Below, in pieces: positions 16,723 to 26,291 of a stretch of 64,000 nucleotides of DNA. The stretch comes from a virus: positions 87 through 64,086 of the IMG/VR virus record IMGVR_UViG_3300034069_001154; one strand, written 5' to 3'. The position numbers and the translations under genes are program-made. The stretch's first letter is position 1. Each line of letters starts with the position of its first letter. The notes below the pieces were generated by a model. The model saw only the letters and a list, made by a program, of their open reading frames with translations, was not told where the DNA came from and ran no database searches.

Positions 16723-17759
16723 TGTACAGAGAAGATAAGATAAGAGACGTTACATACAAGTACAATGAGAAAACCGGCGAAATACTTTATACTAGCACTA
16801 AGAGAAGGTACCTAGAAAAAGTCAGAGCAGTATCTATCAGGTCTAGCTTACCAAATATAGAGTATGAACTAGAAGGTATAGAAGCACCGAACAGTAAGGG
16901 CGTAGTTCTGAAGGAAGGTGATTTATACAAGCTAAGAATGTCAGGCTCGGATTTGATATTTAGGTTGATAAAACACTTCCCCGACAAGTCAATAGTAGTA
17001 ATGCAAGTACTATCTGACGAGCCTAGTAAGTTTAGGTTGATGAATAAAGAACAGTGTGAGGAGTTGGGTATTGTATATCAAAACTTCCTTGCCGTATTCT
17101 CAGCTGGCTTAGGTTGGATTAGTACTAGTCTGGAATGTGATGATTTTGATCCGTTTAACTTAAGTACGTATGATAAGTCTATAGTACCGGGGAAGACAGG
17201 TAGTATTAGATATATGATTGTAGAACTCCCTGGATTTAGGTATGTAGATTCAGATACAGTCTGCTTGGATTGGACAGGTAGACCGATATTATACTTAGAC
17301 TTAGAATTACTACTTACACAGCTTGAGGTTAGGCTGAAGAAAGATATAATTAGTACAGACCTAGATAAGTATAATGAGCTATCGAGGGGTACATATCTCA
17401 GTTGGTCCGTAGTTAGAGAATCTTTCCCCGGTTCAATTAAGAGAAATGATGTTGAACTACTAGACCAGAATGGGAGTATATATCTGATCTTGGATTTTAC
17501 TTGGAAAGGTTTAGGTATTTGTCCGCTTGCACTAGATGGAATTAAACTAGAAGACTTAATTAGTGTGTCGATTAATACATCTTTTAATATTAAGCCAGGC
17601 GAGAAACCTGAATATCTAAAAGCAAGTAGTACTGGATTTGTAACGGTGCCACCTGAAATATTTGAAAAGAGAAAAGGTAGGTACTGGAAAAAGGTATTAC
17701 AGGACAGGGTAGATTCCTTATTAGTGATAAATGATTTGTACTCAGACGTTTGTTGTTAG
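16722..17759 (+). CDS. hypothetical protein
   Basis: 345 aa ORF translationally coupled to telA (TAATG). Confidence 0.75.
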   Translation: MYREDKIRDVTYKYNEKTGEILYTSTKRRYLEKVRAVSIRSSLPNIEYELEGIEAPNSKGVVLKEGDLYKLRMSGSDLIFRLIKHFPDKSIVVMQVLSDEPSKFRLMNKEQCEELGIVYQNFLAVFSAGLGWISTSLECDDFDPFNLSTYDKSIVPGKTGSIRYMIVELPGFRYVDSDTVCLDWTGRPILYLDLELLLTQLEVRLKKDIISTDLDKYNELSRGTYLSWSVVRESFPGSIKRNDVELLDQNGSIYLILDFTWKGLGICPLALDGIKLEDLISVSINTSFNIKPGEKPEYLKASSTGFVTVPPEIFEKRKGRYWKKVLQDRVDSLLVINDLYSDVCC

Positions 17760-17833
17760 ATTACATAGTTGGCCTGTGATGGGTCGACTATGTTTTTTTT
17801 TGCACCCTGAGATCCCCTAGATTTCTTATTAAT

Positions 17834-17911
17834 GAGAAATACTCTTATCAGGGAATTTTTTCTAATAAAGCCATTATTTGTAGCTTAGCCGTGAGGTTAG
17901 GCTACATTTTT
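17834..17911 (+). ncRNA. candidate small RNA cassette
   Basis: Promoter CCTAGATTTCTTATTAATG, about 45 nt, then TGTAGCTTAGCC-GTGA-GGTTAGGCTACA plus T-tract. Confidence 0.35.
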
Positions 17912-17970
17912 GTTACTCCCTAGGTATCGTTTCCTTATTTGTAGAAGAGTATTAATATAAATTTCAAGTT

Positions 17971-18294
17971 ATGACGGTAAGAATACGATTAAAGATAAAA
18001 GACTGCGAAGATATAATTCGCAGTTGTGGTTATTCTATTAAGACTATTAAAGACTTAGTAGAAGAAATTAAATTTAAAAGTGAGCCCGGAAAGTCAGCTG
18101 TTATATCTTATGCTGGTAAAGTTAGAGTTGCCTACAAAGATGAGCTCGAATTGATGAGCTTAAGAGCAGCAATAAAAAATGTAGCCCTGATTGAAGATTT
18201 TACAGCTAAGAATTGGGATACAGTACGTAATGTTTATTATGTGTACTGTAGTGGTAATTTTCAGCTAGAATCAATCGCAGAATCCTTATTATAA
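17971..18294 (+). CDS. hypothetical protein
   Basis: 107 aa ORF after a promoter motif. Confidence 0.65.
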   Translation: MTVRIRLKIKDCEDIIRSCGYSIKTIKDLVEEIKFKSEPGKSAVISYAGKVRVAYKDELELMSLRAAIKNVALIEDFTAKNWDTVRNVYYVYCSGNFQLESIAESLL

Positions 18295-18334
18295 GATAGA
18301 GTACGTGAATTAATAAGAGATAAGGACTTTTAAG

Positions 18335-19276
18335 ATGAAGAAAACTGTAGGATTTATCGTATATCATAGAGTTGATTATGATGGATTATTTTCAGCTGCA
18401 ATTATCCAAGACTACCTAGAAAGAGAGCTTGGGTATGAGAAAGTATTGACAAAGGGTTGGAATTATGGAGACAGCATTCCAGAACTACCTAAGATTGGTA
18501 AGGATGAGCTATGTCATGTTTTTCTAGTTGATATTTCATTTCCGCCAGAGGACATGAAAAGACTTAAGGAGTTATCAGGTGGTTATAGGGCTATCTGGAT
18601 TGATCATCACATTGGGGCGATTGATACAGCCAAGGAACATTCTTACGATGACATGGATGGACTTAGAATGATAGGTCTTGGTGCGTGTGAGTTATGTTGG
18701 AAATTTATGTATGGTGTTGATAGTATTGTACCTAAGGCAGTGAGGCTAGTATCTGCATATGATGTTTGGGATAAGAGTCGGTTTTCATGGGACAAAGAGA
18801 CACTAGCATTCCAACTTGGCCTTCGTACTAAGTATGGTATGGTCTTGAACTCCATTAACCAAGTATTTGATAAACTGAGGATAGATAATTCCCCACTCAC
18901 TGCAGAAATACTAGAGACAGGTAAGCAGATAACAGTATATAATCAGAAACGTTATAAAGCCGCCGTTAAGTCTCATGCATTTTCAGTAGTAGTAGGTGGT
19001 AAGTATAAGGGAATTTGTATGTTGACTCAGGAATTTGGAAGCCAGCAGTTCGAGTCAGTATATGGAGATTATGATGTTACAGTGTGCGTAAACTTAAGGC
19101 ATGATGAAAACGGCGGGCTGTACTATTCAATTTCAATGTACAGTGAAACCGAAACTGGATTAAACCTTGCTGATTATATGAAACAAAACTATAATGGTGG
19201 AGGTCATAAGTGTGCAGCGGGTGGTACAATGACGAGAGACCAGTTCCTAAGACTACTAGATAATCAGGTAGTGTAG
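18335..19276 (+). CDS. DHH/DHHA1 family phosphoesterase
   Basis: HRVDYDG, VDIS, WIDHH and C-terminal GGGHKCAAG. Confidence 0.85.
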   Translation: MKKTVGFIVYHRVDYDGLFSAAIIQDYLERELGYEKVLTKGWNYGDSIPELPKIGKDELCHVFLVDISFPPEDMKRLKELSGGYRAIWIDHHIGAIDTAKEHSYDDMDGLRMIGLGACELCWKFMYGVDSIVPKAVRLVSAYDVWDKSRFSWDKETLAFQLGLRTKYGMVLNSINQVFDKLRIDNSPLTAEILETGKQITVYNQKRYKAAVKSHAFSVVVGGKYKGICMLTQEFGSQQFESVYGDYDVTVCVNLRHDENGGLYYSISMYSETETGLNLADYMKQNYNGGGHKCAAGGTMTRDQFLRLLDNQVV

Positions 19277-19296
19277 GGCGGATAAAAAAAGAAGAG

Positions 19297-19707
19297 TTAG
19301 TAAAACTGACTCTTCTTAAATTTTTTATTTATTAACTCATTTATTGTACTGTCTTTAATATTTAATGTATCTGTTTTTATTTTCTCCGGGTAATCAAAAA
19401 GTTGGTATATTATAGACTCATCTTTATCCGGATCGCCTGTTGTTAGATGCCATGCCAGAAATTTATTTTCTTGTATTAATTTTTCTAGTTCAGACAAGAC
19501 CCTTTTCTTTGTTATATATTTAAAGCTCTTGTCCGATATTACTAGTTCGATATTGTATTTAACAGGTTTTTTTAGCTTACCCAAGTACGTTATTCCAAGT
19601 CCCATTTCTAGTTCGTATTTTGACATAAATGATATGTTTATAATGATTCCTAGGTGTGGGATAATAACTCCCCTTCTATTAATATCCCAATAACTAAGTT
19701 CTGTCAT
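19297..19707 (-). CDS. hypothetical protein, paralog family 2-like
   Basis: Contains KYITKK helix-start motif. Confidence 0.65.
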   Translation of the reverse strand: MTELSYWDINRRGVIIPHLGIIINISFMSKYELEMGLGITYLGKLKKPVKYNIELVISDKSFKYITKKRVLSELEKLIQENKFLAWHLTTGDPDKDESIIYQLFDYPEKIKTDTLNIKDSTINELINKKFKKSQFY

Positions 19708-20138
19708 AGTCTACTCAATTTTTTATCTAATTCTTTTTCTGTCATACTATTAGCCCTTAACGTATCATTTATCAGGCTATCTTCTATCTCTACTGTATCT
19801 ATCTCAAGTATTTTTTCCTTAGGTAGTTCTGGATATTCAGGTGGTTCTTCTGTCAACTCTGTATATAGTAACCTATCTGAATAAACACCATTCTTCATGT
19901 AATCTAGATAAATATCAATAATACCTTCCTTTCTTAGATATTTAGATAGAAGGACATCTATCGATATGTAGTAATCCTTAGGTACACGCAAATGGCGACC
20001 TTTAAGTATATACCCAAATACATTCTCTAATATATTATACTGAGACCTAACAGGAATAATAATCTTAGCTGAAAGATTGTCACTTTCATTGTTTAGATAG
20101 TAAAGTATTGTCACTTTCACGATGGCTTTACTCTCCAA
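19704..20138 (-). CDS. hypothetical protein
   Basis: 144 aa; N-terminal KVTILYYL..IIIPV pattern resembles 20224-20670. Confidence 0.65.
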   Translation of the reverse strand: MESKAIVKVTILYYLNNESDNLSAKIIIPVRSQYNILENVFGYILKGRHLRVPKDYYISIDVLLSKYLRKEGIIDIYLDYMKNGVYSDRLLYTELTEEPPEYPELPKEKILEIDTVEIEDSLINDTLRANSMTEKELDKKLSRL

Positions 20139-20223
20139 TAAACTATTCCTACTTTAATTATAACTTTTTCATAATACATTCAATAATAAGGAAAAGAAAG
20201 GAAAGTAGTTTTACCTACTCTCA

Positions 20224-20670
20224 TTATAATATTTTTCCAATAACGTCATAGATATCTGCCTCTTTTACTAGTAAATATTCTCTTCCCAGTATTACATATG
20301 GATTATCAGGGTATCTATCAAGCTTTTCTTCCTCACTTATCTTGAGGACATAACGCATTCTAAGTATATTAGCTGTATCTGGTATTAGGTTTTTTAGTTC
20401 CTTCATTATTTTTTTGCTAGTTAGTACTTTCTTTGTGGGTATACAAAATCTTATATAGTTATTGACTGTCTTATTACCATTACACATAGATTTTCTGATA
20501 CCTGAAAATAATCCCGTCACACATGTAAGTTTATATATACTGTTAGTGACTGGAATTTCTACCGCAGCTAATATCTCCTCTACTGATATACCTGGGTACT
20601 TAACTAGTTTATAAGATACTTTGACTTTGATCTTTTTCATCTTTCTTAGTATAATACCAGAATGTACCAA
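20224..20670 (-). CDS. hypothetical protein, paralog family 2-like (true start probably MKKIKVKV)
   Basis: KVLTSKK motif; the extended ORF overlaps the upstream gene. Confidence 0.65.
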   Translation of the reverse strand: MVHSGIILRKMKKIKVKVSYKLVKYPGISVEEILAAVEIPVTNSIYKLTCVTGLFSGIRKSMCNGNKTVNNYIRFCIPTKKVLTSKKIMKELKNLIPDTANILRMRYVLKISEEEKLDRYPDNPYVILGREYLLVKEADIYDVIGKIL

Positions 20671-21814
20671 CCTGAGCGCATATAGATACTAACAAGATAC
20701 ATAGTACTACCATGATTATTGTATTATCATCATCTGAGTCTAATTCTGGCTCAAGGTAGTCAAAATCTCTAAAATCCTTCTTCTTCCATAGTCCAATATT
20801 CTCTCTAAGGAACCAACGAAGTCTATCTAAATCAAGCTTCTTCTGACTCTGTAAGAATAATTTACATCTAGTGTCAAGTGTTATATCATCCTGCCAAGAG
20901 AAACAATCAGCCCACTTAACTTCATGCGTAGACTTATCAATCCCTACACAGATAACAAGTTCATTCTTATTACCACCTTGCCAGTAGTTCTTTTGTTCCT
21001 CCGCTATTTCTGGACCTTGACCTTCCTTAAATACTAGCACAAAAACTCTTATCTTCTTTCTGCTTCCCTCCCTAGCATTGAAGTTTGTAAATTTCTTAAT
21101 AATATCTTTGCCTGGATTAAAGCCTAAGATTGGATTTTGTTCCTGTTCATACATATTAGGGCCACTGATACTTGGATAATCAAATAAGCCAAGTAATTTT
21201 GCCTCCTCCTTACTTACATCTCTTAATCTAAATGCCGTCTGTGTTCCTTTTATTTTATTTACGTATGGCATTTCTAAGGAGTAAGTTATCAAGTGTTGTC
21301 CTAGTTGATCCCAGTAATATTCCTGCGCATCTCCGTCCACTGTATAATAGTTTCTGTGCATATCTACAAAAATGGGCTTCGTATTCCACAGGGTCTTAAT
21401 ACTGTCGAAATACTCCTTGCTTGTGTAGATTTCATTACCACCATTATCAACCAGTATCCATCTCTCAGGGTGATACTCGACGTAAGAACAATCATAAGTT
21501 TCTGTCCTAGTATTTCCCCTAGAATCTCTGATCATTCTAGTACAAGTTCTGTGTATATATTCGTTCCACCTATCCAAGTGTCTGATCTTAGAATAATAGA
21601 AAGACCAATACTCCGTATCAGATATCTTACTATACCTAATTGTGTGATCCATTGTAAATATTGTGATCACAGTTAGTATAGTAGGAACCGTTAAGAGCAA
21701 TAGATATGTTATACCCCTTCTCTCATCACTTAGATCTAACTTCTTATTCTTTCTGAAATACCAATATACAACATTAGCTGCAATAATTGGTAATAGTATT
21801 AGTAAGTAAATCAT
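20609..21814 (-). CDS. membrane protein (two N-terminal and one C-terminal TM segments; TPM-like soluble region)
   Basis: Hydrophobic segments at both ends; YWQGGNKNELVICVGID motif. Confidence 0.7.
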   Translation of the reverse strand: MIYLLILLPIIAANVVYWYFRKNKKLDLSDERRGITYLLLLTVPTILTVITIFTMDHTIRYSKISDTEYWSFYYSKIRHLDRWNEYIHRTCTRMIRDSRGNTRTETYDCSYVEYHPERWILVDNGGNEIYTSKEYFDSIKTLWNTKPIFVDMHRNYYTVDGDAQEYYWDQLGQHLITYSLEMPYVNKIKGTQTAFRLRDVSKEEAKLLGLFDYPSISGPNMYEQEQNPILGFNPGKDIIKKFTNFNAREGSRKKIRVFVLVFKEGQGPEIAEEQKNYWQGGNKNELVICVGIDKSTHEVKWADCFSWQDDITLDTRCKLFLQSQKKLDLDRLRWFLRENIGLWKKKDFRDFDYLEPELDSDDDNTIIMVVLCILLVSICAQVGTFWYYTKKDEKDQSQSIL

Positions 21815-22200
21815 TTCTTTAGATTATTTTTTATTATACTAATTATTCTATCACTACCTAATCTCATCTTATAGCACTTATTGTAGACGTCACTGTTCCC
21901 TCTCCAATTGTAAGGCCCTATACAAAAACCGGATCCTGTACCACTAAGTGTTTTCTCCAACGCACAATACACACTCTTTTCCGTTGGATGTTTTTTGTTA
22001 TTGAATTTAATAGTAACTTTATACCTATAGTATACGGGTTTTCCTTTAAACATTTCAGGGGAGTGACCTTCAAGAACAGCCCTACCTTTAATTATTCCAA
22101 AGTTAAGCTGGAAGTCTAGGTCTATCAGAAAATCTAAATTCACTTTATATGGATAGTGTGGTATAGTTTCCGTAAGGTAGTATGTTCCTAGTATTTTCAT
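21811..22200 (-). CDS. hypothetical protein, paralog family 2-like
   Basis: KHPTEK motif; coupled to both neighbours. Confidence 0.6.
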   Translation of the reverse strand: MKILGTYYLTETIPHYPYKVNLDFLIDLDFQLNFGIIKGRAVLEGHSPEMFKGKPVYYRYKVTIKFNNKKHPTEKSVYCALEKTLSGTGSGFCIGPYNWRGNSDVYNKCYKMRLGSDRIISIIKNNLKK

Positions 22201-22742
22201 TTCTTAAATAGATCAACTTTGCCATCTTCTACCTTATTCTCCATAATGCCTTTAGTGTAGGTGCTGCTGATCATTTCATATTTCAGCATCTTATCCTCTA
22301 CAAAAAGGCTAGATGGGAATGTCTGTACTAGGTTATTATGGACTCTCACAATATCTATGATTTCAAGTTGTGCATTCAAGAACTGTCTCCTCTGCACTTC
22401 GATCGTAACACTAAGATCCTTGTATAGTTCATTACTGAATTCTGGATTTTGCTCCTTTATCCAATTAAACAGGACCTTATCGTTTTGATCGTACCTTTTG
22501 CTCATGATGTGGTTGTAGATCGAATCAAACTGGCTTGCATATTCTTTTGTTACGCCCGCCTTAGATTCTAGCACTTTCCACATATTATCATGTACGCCTT
22601 CGATCTTAGATAATTGCATGTCATACTGATTAACTAACCTCGTCTGCTCATTCTTATAGTTTACTTTCATAATGAGCAAGATAATAACTGTGCAAAATAT
22701 AGCTGCACCAATACTAATTAAAATTGTTTTTGAAATTCTCAT
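22197..22742 (-). CDS. LemA-like single-pass membrane protein
   Basis: N-terminal TM helix, helical body ending VRVHNNLVQTFPSSLF (LemA-type YN..I..FP signature). Confidence 0.55.
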   Translation of the reverse strand: MRISKTILISIGAAIFCTVIILLIMKVNYKNEQTRLVNQYDMQLSKIEGVHDNMWKVLESKAGVTKEYASQFDSIYNHIMSKRYDQNDKVLFNWIKEQNPEFSNELYKDLSVTIEVQRRQFLNAQLEIIDIVRVHNNLVQTFPSSLFVEDKMLKYEMISSTYTKGIMENKVEDGKVDLFKK

Positions 22743-22853
22743 AAATATAATTAATTAAACTGAACTCTGTATTAATTTTCAACTATAAGGGGACTAGGGC
22801 GTCATGTGAGAGGATTTGAATACCTTAATAATGTAATCAAAGAAGAATAAGAA

Positions 22854-23084
22854 ATGAGAAAATTTAAAGTTAGCGAGAGAGTAGAATTTATTGATAAAAA
22901 TCCAGGAAGTACAGGACTAAGTCACACTAGCATCTATGAGATTATAGGATTTGGACAGATGAAGGATTCCCAACATAACTGGATCAATGCAGTACTATAT
23001 AAGGCAGTGGGGCATGAAACAGTTTACGTAAGAGCAGAGGAAGACTTCAACATCAAATTCAAACTCGCAGATGGACAAGCCTAG
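22854..23084 (+). CDS. DUF1653-like small protein
   Basis: YEIIGFG..H....VLYKA....VYVR..EDF pattern. Confidence 0.55.
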   Translation: MRKFKVSERVEFIDKNPGSTGLSHTSIYEIIGFGQMKDSQHNWINAVLYKAVGHETVYVRAEEDFNIKFKLADGQA

Positions 23085-23098
23085 ATTCCTTATAGTTG
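23080..23098 (+). promoter_or_regulatory. phage promoter motif (best-consensus instance)
   Basis: CCTAGATTCCTTATAGTTG; motif recurs upstream of more than 30 transcription units on both strands. Confidence 0.65.
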
Positions 23099-23177
23099 AG
23101 CATATTTGTTATCTCAATAAACATTTATAACTTGATTATGTAGTAGTTCGGTCGGGAGACTAGGCTACTACTTTTTT
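23098..23177 (+). ncRNA. candidate small RNA cassette
   Basis: Promoter, about 40 nt AT-rich, hairpin GTAGTAGTTCGGTC-GGGA-GACTAGGCTACTAC plus T-tract; no ORF. Confidence 0.35.
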
Positions 23178-23190
23178 CCGTCTATTTTGT

Positions 23191-23209
23191 CCTAAATCCC
23201 TTATTATTG
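23191..23209 (+). promoter_or_regulatory. phage promoter motif immediately before an ATG
   Basis: CCTAAATCCCTTATTATTG-T-ATG (start 23211). Confidence 0.6.
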
Positions 23210-23210
23210 T

Positions 23211-23423
23211 ATGAGTATTAAAAAATTCCTTAAAAATAACAAGGCAAATATCTTGTTAACTGCGGGTATTGTGTACCTGTATCTAGAGAGTAAGAAGACT
23301 ATGAAAGAGAATGGTCGTCTTCGTGGAATAATAGAGAACCAGAATGATGAGATCAAAGGTTACAAAAGAGTAACAGAGAGAATGATCTTCAATGCTGGAA
23401 AGAATTCACGAACACCGATCTAA
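23211..23423 (+). CDS. small hypothetical protein (hydrophobic N-terminus, coiled coil)
   Basis: 70 aa ORF directly after a promoter. Confidence 0.65.
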   Translation: MSIKKFLKNNKANILLTAGIVYLYLESKKTMKENGRLRGIIENQNDEIKGYKRVTERMIFNAGKNSRTPI

Positions 23424-23460
23424 TAGTCAAGTTATTAACAAATTAAATCAATCAAAGAAA

Positions 23461-24873
23461 ATGGAGAACAAGGAAATTTTGTACAAAGCAGTTTTAGAGA
23501 CTGTTAAATCGGAAAGCAATGAAAATGTAGCTGACCGTAAGTTAATTTTAGAAGCAGCTGGAAAAGCTTTAAACCAGTTCGGAATGGATAGTTCCGGTAA
23601 ATATAGACTTGCTGAGTTATTGATCAGTGAGTTAAAGAGTAAAAATCTCTTAGTATCTGAGAAGACTGAGGGAAACATAGAGAAAGAGGTAGGACGTAGA
23701 AAACAAGAAGTCTACCTCATTCAGTATGGCAAGGCACTCGAATATTTAGAGGGTCTTACTAAGAAAACTAGTGGCGAAGTAATATCGCTCACTAATAAAA
23801 ACAAGAAAATCCGTGATGCTAGAGTAAGTCTAGAGAAGAACGGATATAGCAAGGCGGAGGCAAAGAAAATCTCCACCGTTACAAAGAAGCAGGCCGAGAG
23901 GTTAGAACAGCTTCTGAGGTTTGTGATAAATAAATGCACAAATCGAACAATTACATTCACACAGTTGAGAGAATTGTGGGGTGTTAGCTATTTGGATGAG
24001 AAACAGTTAGAAACTATTAAATCATCCTTAAAGGTGTATGGTGTAAACTTTTTCTACACCATTACAATCGATGGAAGGTCAAAGGTACTAACACTATCTA
24101 ATGACCCAATCGGAACACTAAAGTCACTTGCTGAGATGGCAAAGGACTTATTTGGTGTAAAGATAGATACCAACATAAAGAAACCGTCTATGAACGATGG
24201 TAGAAGATTAATTAAGGTATCAGAGAAAACAGTTGGTAAGGCAGAGTTCATAACAGATCATGTTAAGGAGCTTATGTTTTACATTGGCGGTATTCTTGTA
24301 CTTGAGAATAGAGCCGTAGACGTTGATGCTATTATATCTATCTTAGGTAATAATAGCTATCGAGGACTTAAAGAAACTCGTGAGAGTATCTTTGAGGTAG
24401 TAAAAACTTATTCTGAATACTTCGCGAGAAGCATTGGGAATAAGAACTGTATCGGATTTAGTTCTATTAAGAATTCATCCGAGATCTGGGAAGAACTGAA
24501 GAATAAGTTTAGCCCAGTTAATGACAAAGTAGAGTTCGCATGGCATATAGGAAGCGGGTTAAGTCTTGAAGAGATTCAGGAGTATTTCCCAGAGTCCTAT
24601 AAGATTAGACCTGAGGCGAACATTGTGGTAATTAAGTTGACAAAGAGTGTAGAGGACTTACAGAGACTTGCACTACTGTCATTCAAATTCCGCAAGGAGG
24701 ATTTCGCAATTCAGCTAGATAATGTAGAGGAGAAACTGGCTGCAGAGCGAAAGATGTTGGAGACAAGAACAAAGAGGGTGTTTAACCCTAAGACTAATAG
24801 ATGGATCGGTCTTGACGAGTCTGATATGAGACTAAAAAATGATCGTGTTATCTATGAGATAGAGAAACTATAA
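23461..24873 (+). CDS. hypothetical protein, about 470 aa
   Basis: Long ORF (track 23392-24873); ATG at 23461 follows an A-rich tract. Confidence 0.75.
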   Translation: MENKEILYKAVLETVKSESNENVADRKLILEAAGKALNQFGMDSSGKYRLAELLISELKSKNLLVSEKTEGNIEKEVGRRKQEVYLIQYGKALEYLEGLTKKTSGEVISLTNKNKKIRDARVSLEKNGYSKAEAKKISTVTKKQAERLEQLLRFVINKCTNRTITFTQLRELWGVSYLDEKQLETIKSSLKVYGVNFFYTITIDGRSKVLTLSNDPIGTLKSLAEMAKDLFGVKIDTNIKKPSMNDGRRLIKVSEKTVGKAEFITDHVKELMFYIGGILVLENRAVDVDAIISILGNNSYRGLKETRESIFEVVKTYSEYFARSIGNKNCIGFSSIKNSSEIWEELKNKFSPVNDKVEFAWHIGSGLSLEEIQEYFPESYKIRPEANIVVIKLTKSVEDLQRLALLSFKFRKEDFAIQLDNVEEKLAAERKMLETRTKRVFNPKTNRWIGLDESDMRLKNDRVIYEIEKL

Positions 24874-24963
24874 TATTGTTGTCGTCCACGATAGCGGCTT
24901 ACTGGTTCGTGAAGGATCGGTAAGCCCATTTTTTTTCAATCCCTTACCCTAGATTCCTTAGTT

Positions 24964-25770
24964 ATGAGAATGATAGAGTTTAGAACAGTTAGATCAGATA
25001 GGTATAATAGAGAAGGAAGACCTAAATGTAGAAAGAAGTTTGGAAGGAAATTAGTAGGTGATGATATACAGAGATTATCTATGAGAACCTATTCAATGTG
25101 GTACAGGGACAATTACCATCGAAGCTCACGATGCAAGACAGAATACGGAGAACTAGTTAAGTTTCTATATCCTAGAATCGGTAAGGACTATAATGAAGTA
25201 TTCTCAGAACTTACAAAGAAACTAGGTAAGAAGACGGCAAAGAGGTACGTGTTTGGAAGAGAACTGCTTGATACTATACAGCAGGGTGAAGTAACATTAA
25301 GTAGTGTTTTTGGTTATATGAAGCCAACAAAAGATCATTATGGATTTTACTTAGATAATGAGGGTATACTCAGATATAATATGTTTTATAGTATCAATAG
25401 AAGGCCTAGTAATAGAAAACGGTCTGAGGTACAAGAAAATATTGAGTCTTATGATCCAGTTGAGGTTTGTAGTGCTCGACCAACTTACAAGCAGCACAGT
25501 TGGGTTAGATTGAAAGAGAAATATTATGTTCAGACCTTTATGGATGGACTTATAATACCGGAGAAATTACCTGTATATGCAATAGGGTTATCATCCATGT
25601 TTTACAATCGAGGAACCTTACCTGGCGCACTTAGAATGTTTGAGCCAGTTATGATATCAGGAATCGGTTTTTATCACTATATTAGTGACCGATACATGGA
25701 CACAACAATAATATTCTTAGTAAAAACAAAAAATATAGAAAAATGGAGAAAGAAAAAATCTATGAAGTGA
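24964..25770 (+). CDS. hypothetical basic protein
   Basis: 268 aa ORF after a promoter motif; start could be the Met at 24970. Confidence 0.7.
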   Translation: MRMIEFRTVRSDRYNREGRPKCRKKFGRKLVGDDIQRLSMRTYSMWYRDNYHRSSRCKTEYGELVKFLYPRIGKDYNEVFSELTKKLGKKTAKRYVFGRELLDTIQQGEVTLSSVFGYMKPTKDHYGFYLDNEGILRYNMFYSINRRPSNRKRSEVQENIESYDPVEVCSARPTYKQHSWVRLKEKYYVQTFMDGLIIPEKLPVYAIGLSSMFYNRGTLPGALRMFEPVMISGIGFYHYISDRYMDTTIIFLVKTKNIEKWRKKKSMK

Positions 25771-26240
25771 TTTGTGAGTCAGAGATTGGTAGGTACATCT
25801 CTAAGCCTGACCTAACCTACTTCTTAGAAAATGGGGAAGATGATTTTAGTAGATTAACAGAACAGGATCTTAATTTCATGATCGCAAATAGAAAATTAAG
25901 AAACCCTGAACTCATTGGATTTTTAAGTCTTATGTGTCCGCTCGTTGGGAGAAGTTATTTCTATGGTGCAAATAGTAAGAGAGATGCAGAGTTGTATGAT
26001 AATTCCACCGTCTTACTGTATGCATCAATAGTGGGTACTTGCACTGCGATAGACATTGTTAAAAACGCACCGATAGTATGGGCCATTGTAGTAGTGTTTA
26101 ACTTAGTAATGTCGGTCTATACAAGATACTGCACAAAAGTAACTAACACTAAATATTTTATGGCCAGTTGTTCGGTGCTAATAGACAACAATGGAAGTGA
26201 CGCAGTGAAAGATTTTATCAAGAACCAGGAGAGACCATAA
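25743..26240 (+). CDS. hypothetical membrane protein
   Basis: Two hydrophobic segments in the C-terminal half. Confidence 0.65.
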   Translation: MEKEKIYEVICESEIGRYISKPDLTYFLENGEDDFSRLTEQDLNFMIANRKLRNPELIGFLSLMCPLVGRSYFYGANSKRDAELYDNSTVLLYASIVGTCTAIDIVKNAPIVWAIVVVFNLVMSVYTRYCTKVTNTKYFMASCSVLIDNNGSDAVKDFIKNQERP

Positions 26241-26291
26241 AGAGGAACGAAAGAAAAAGTAGTAGAAATTAAATCTACTACTTTATTTTTT

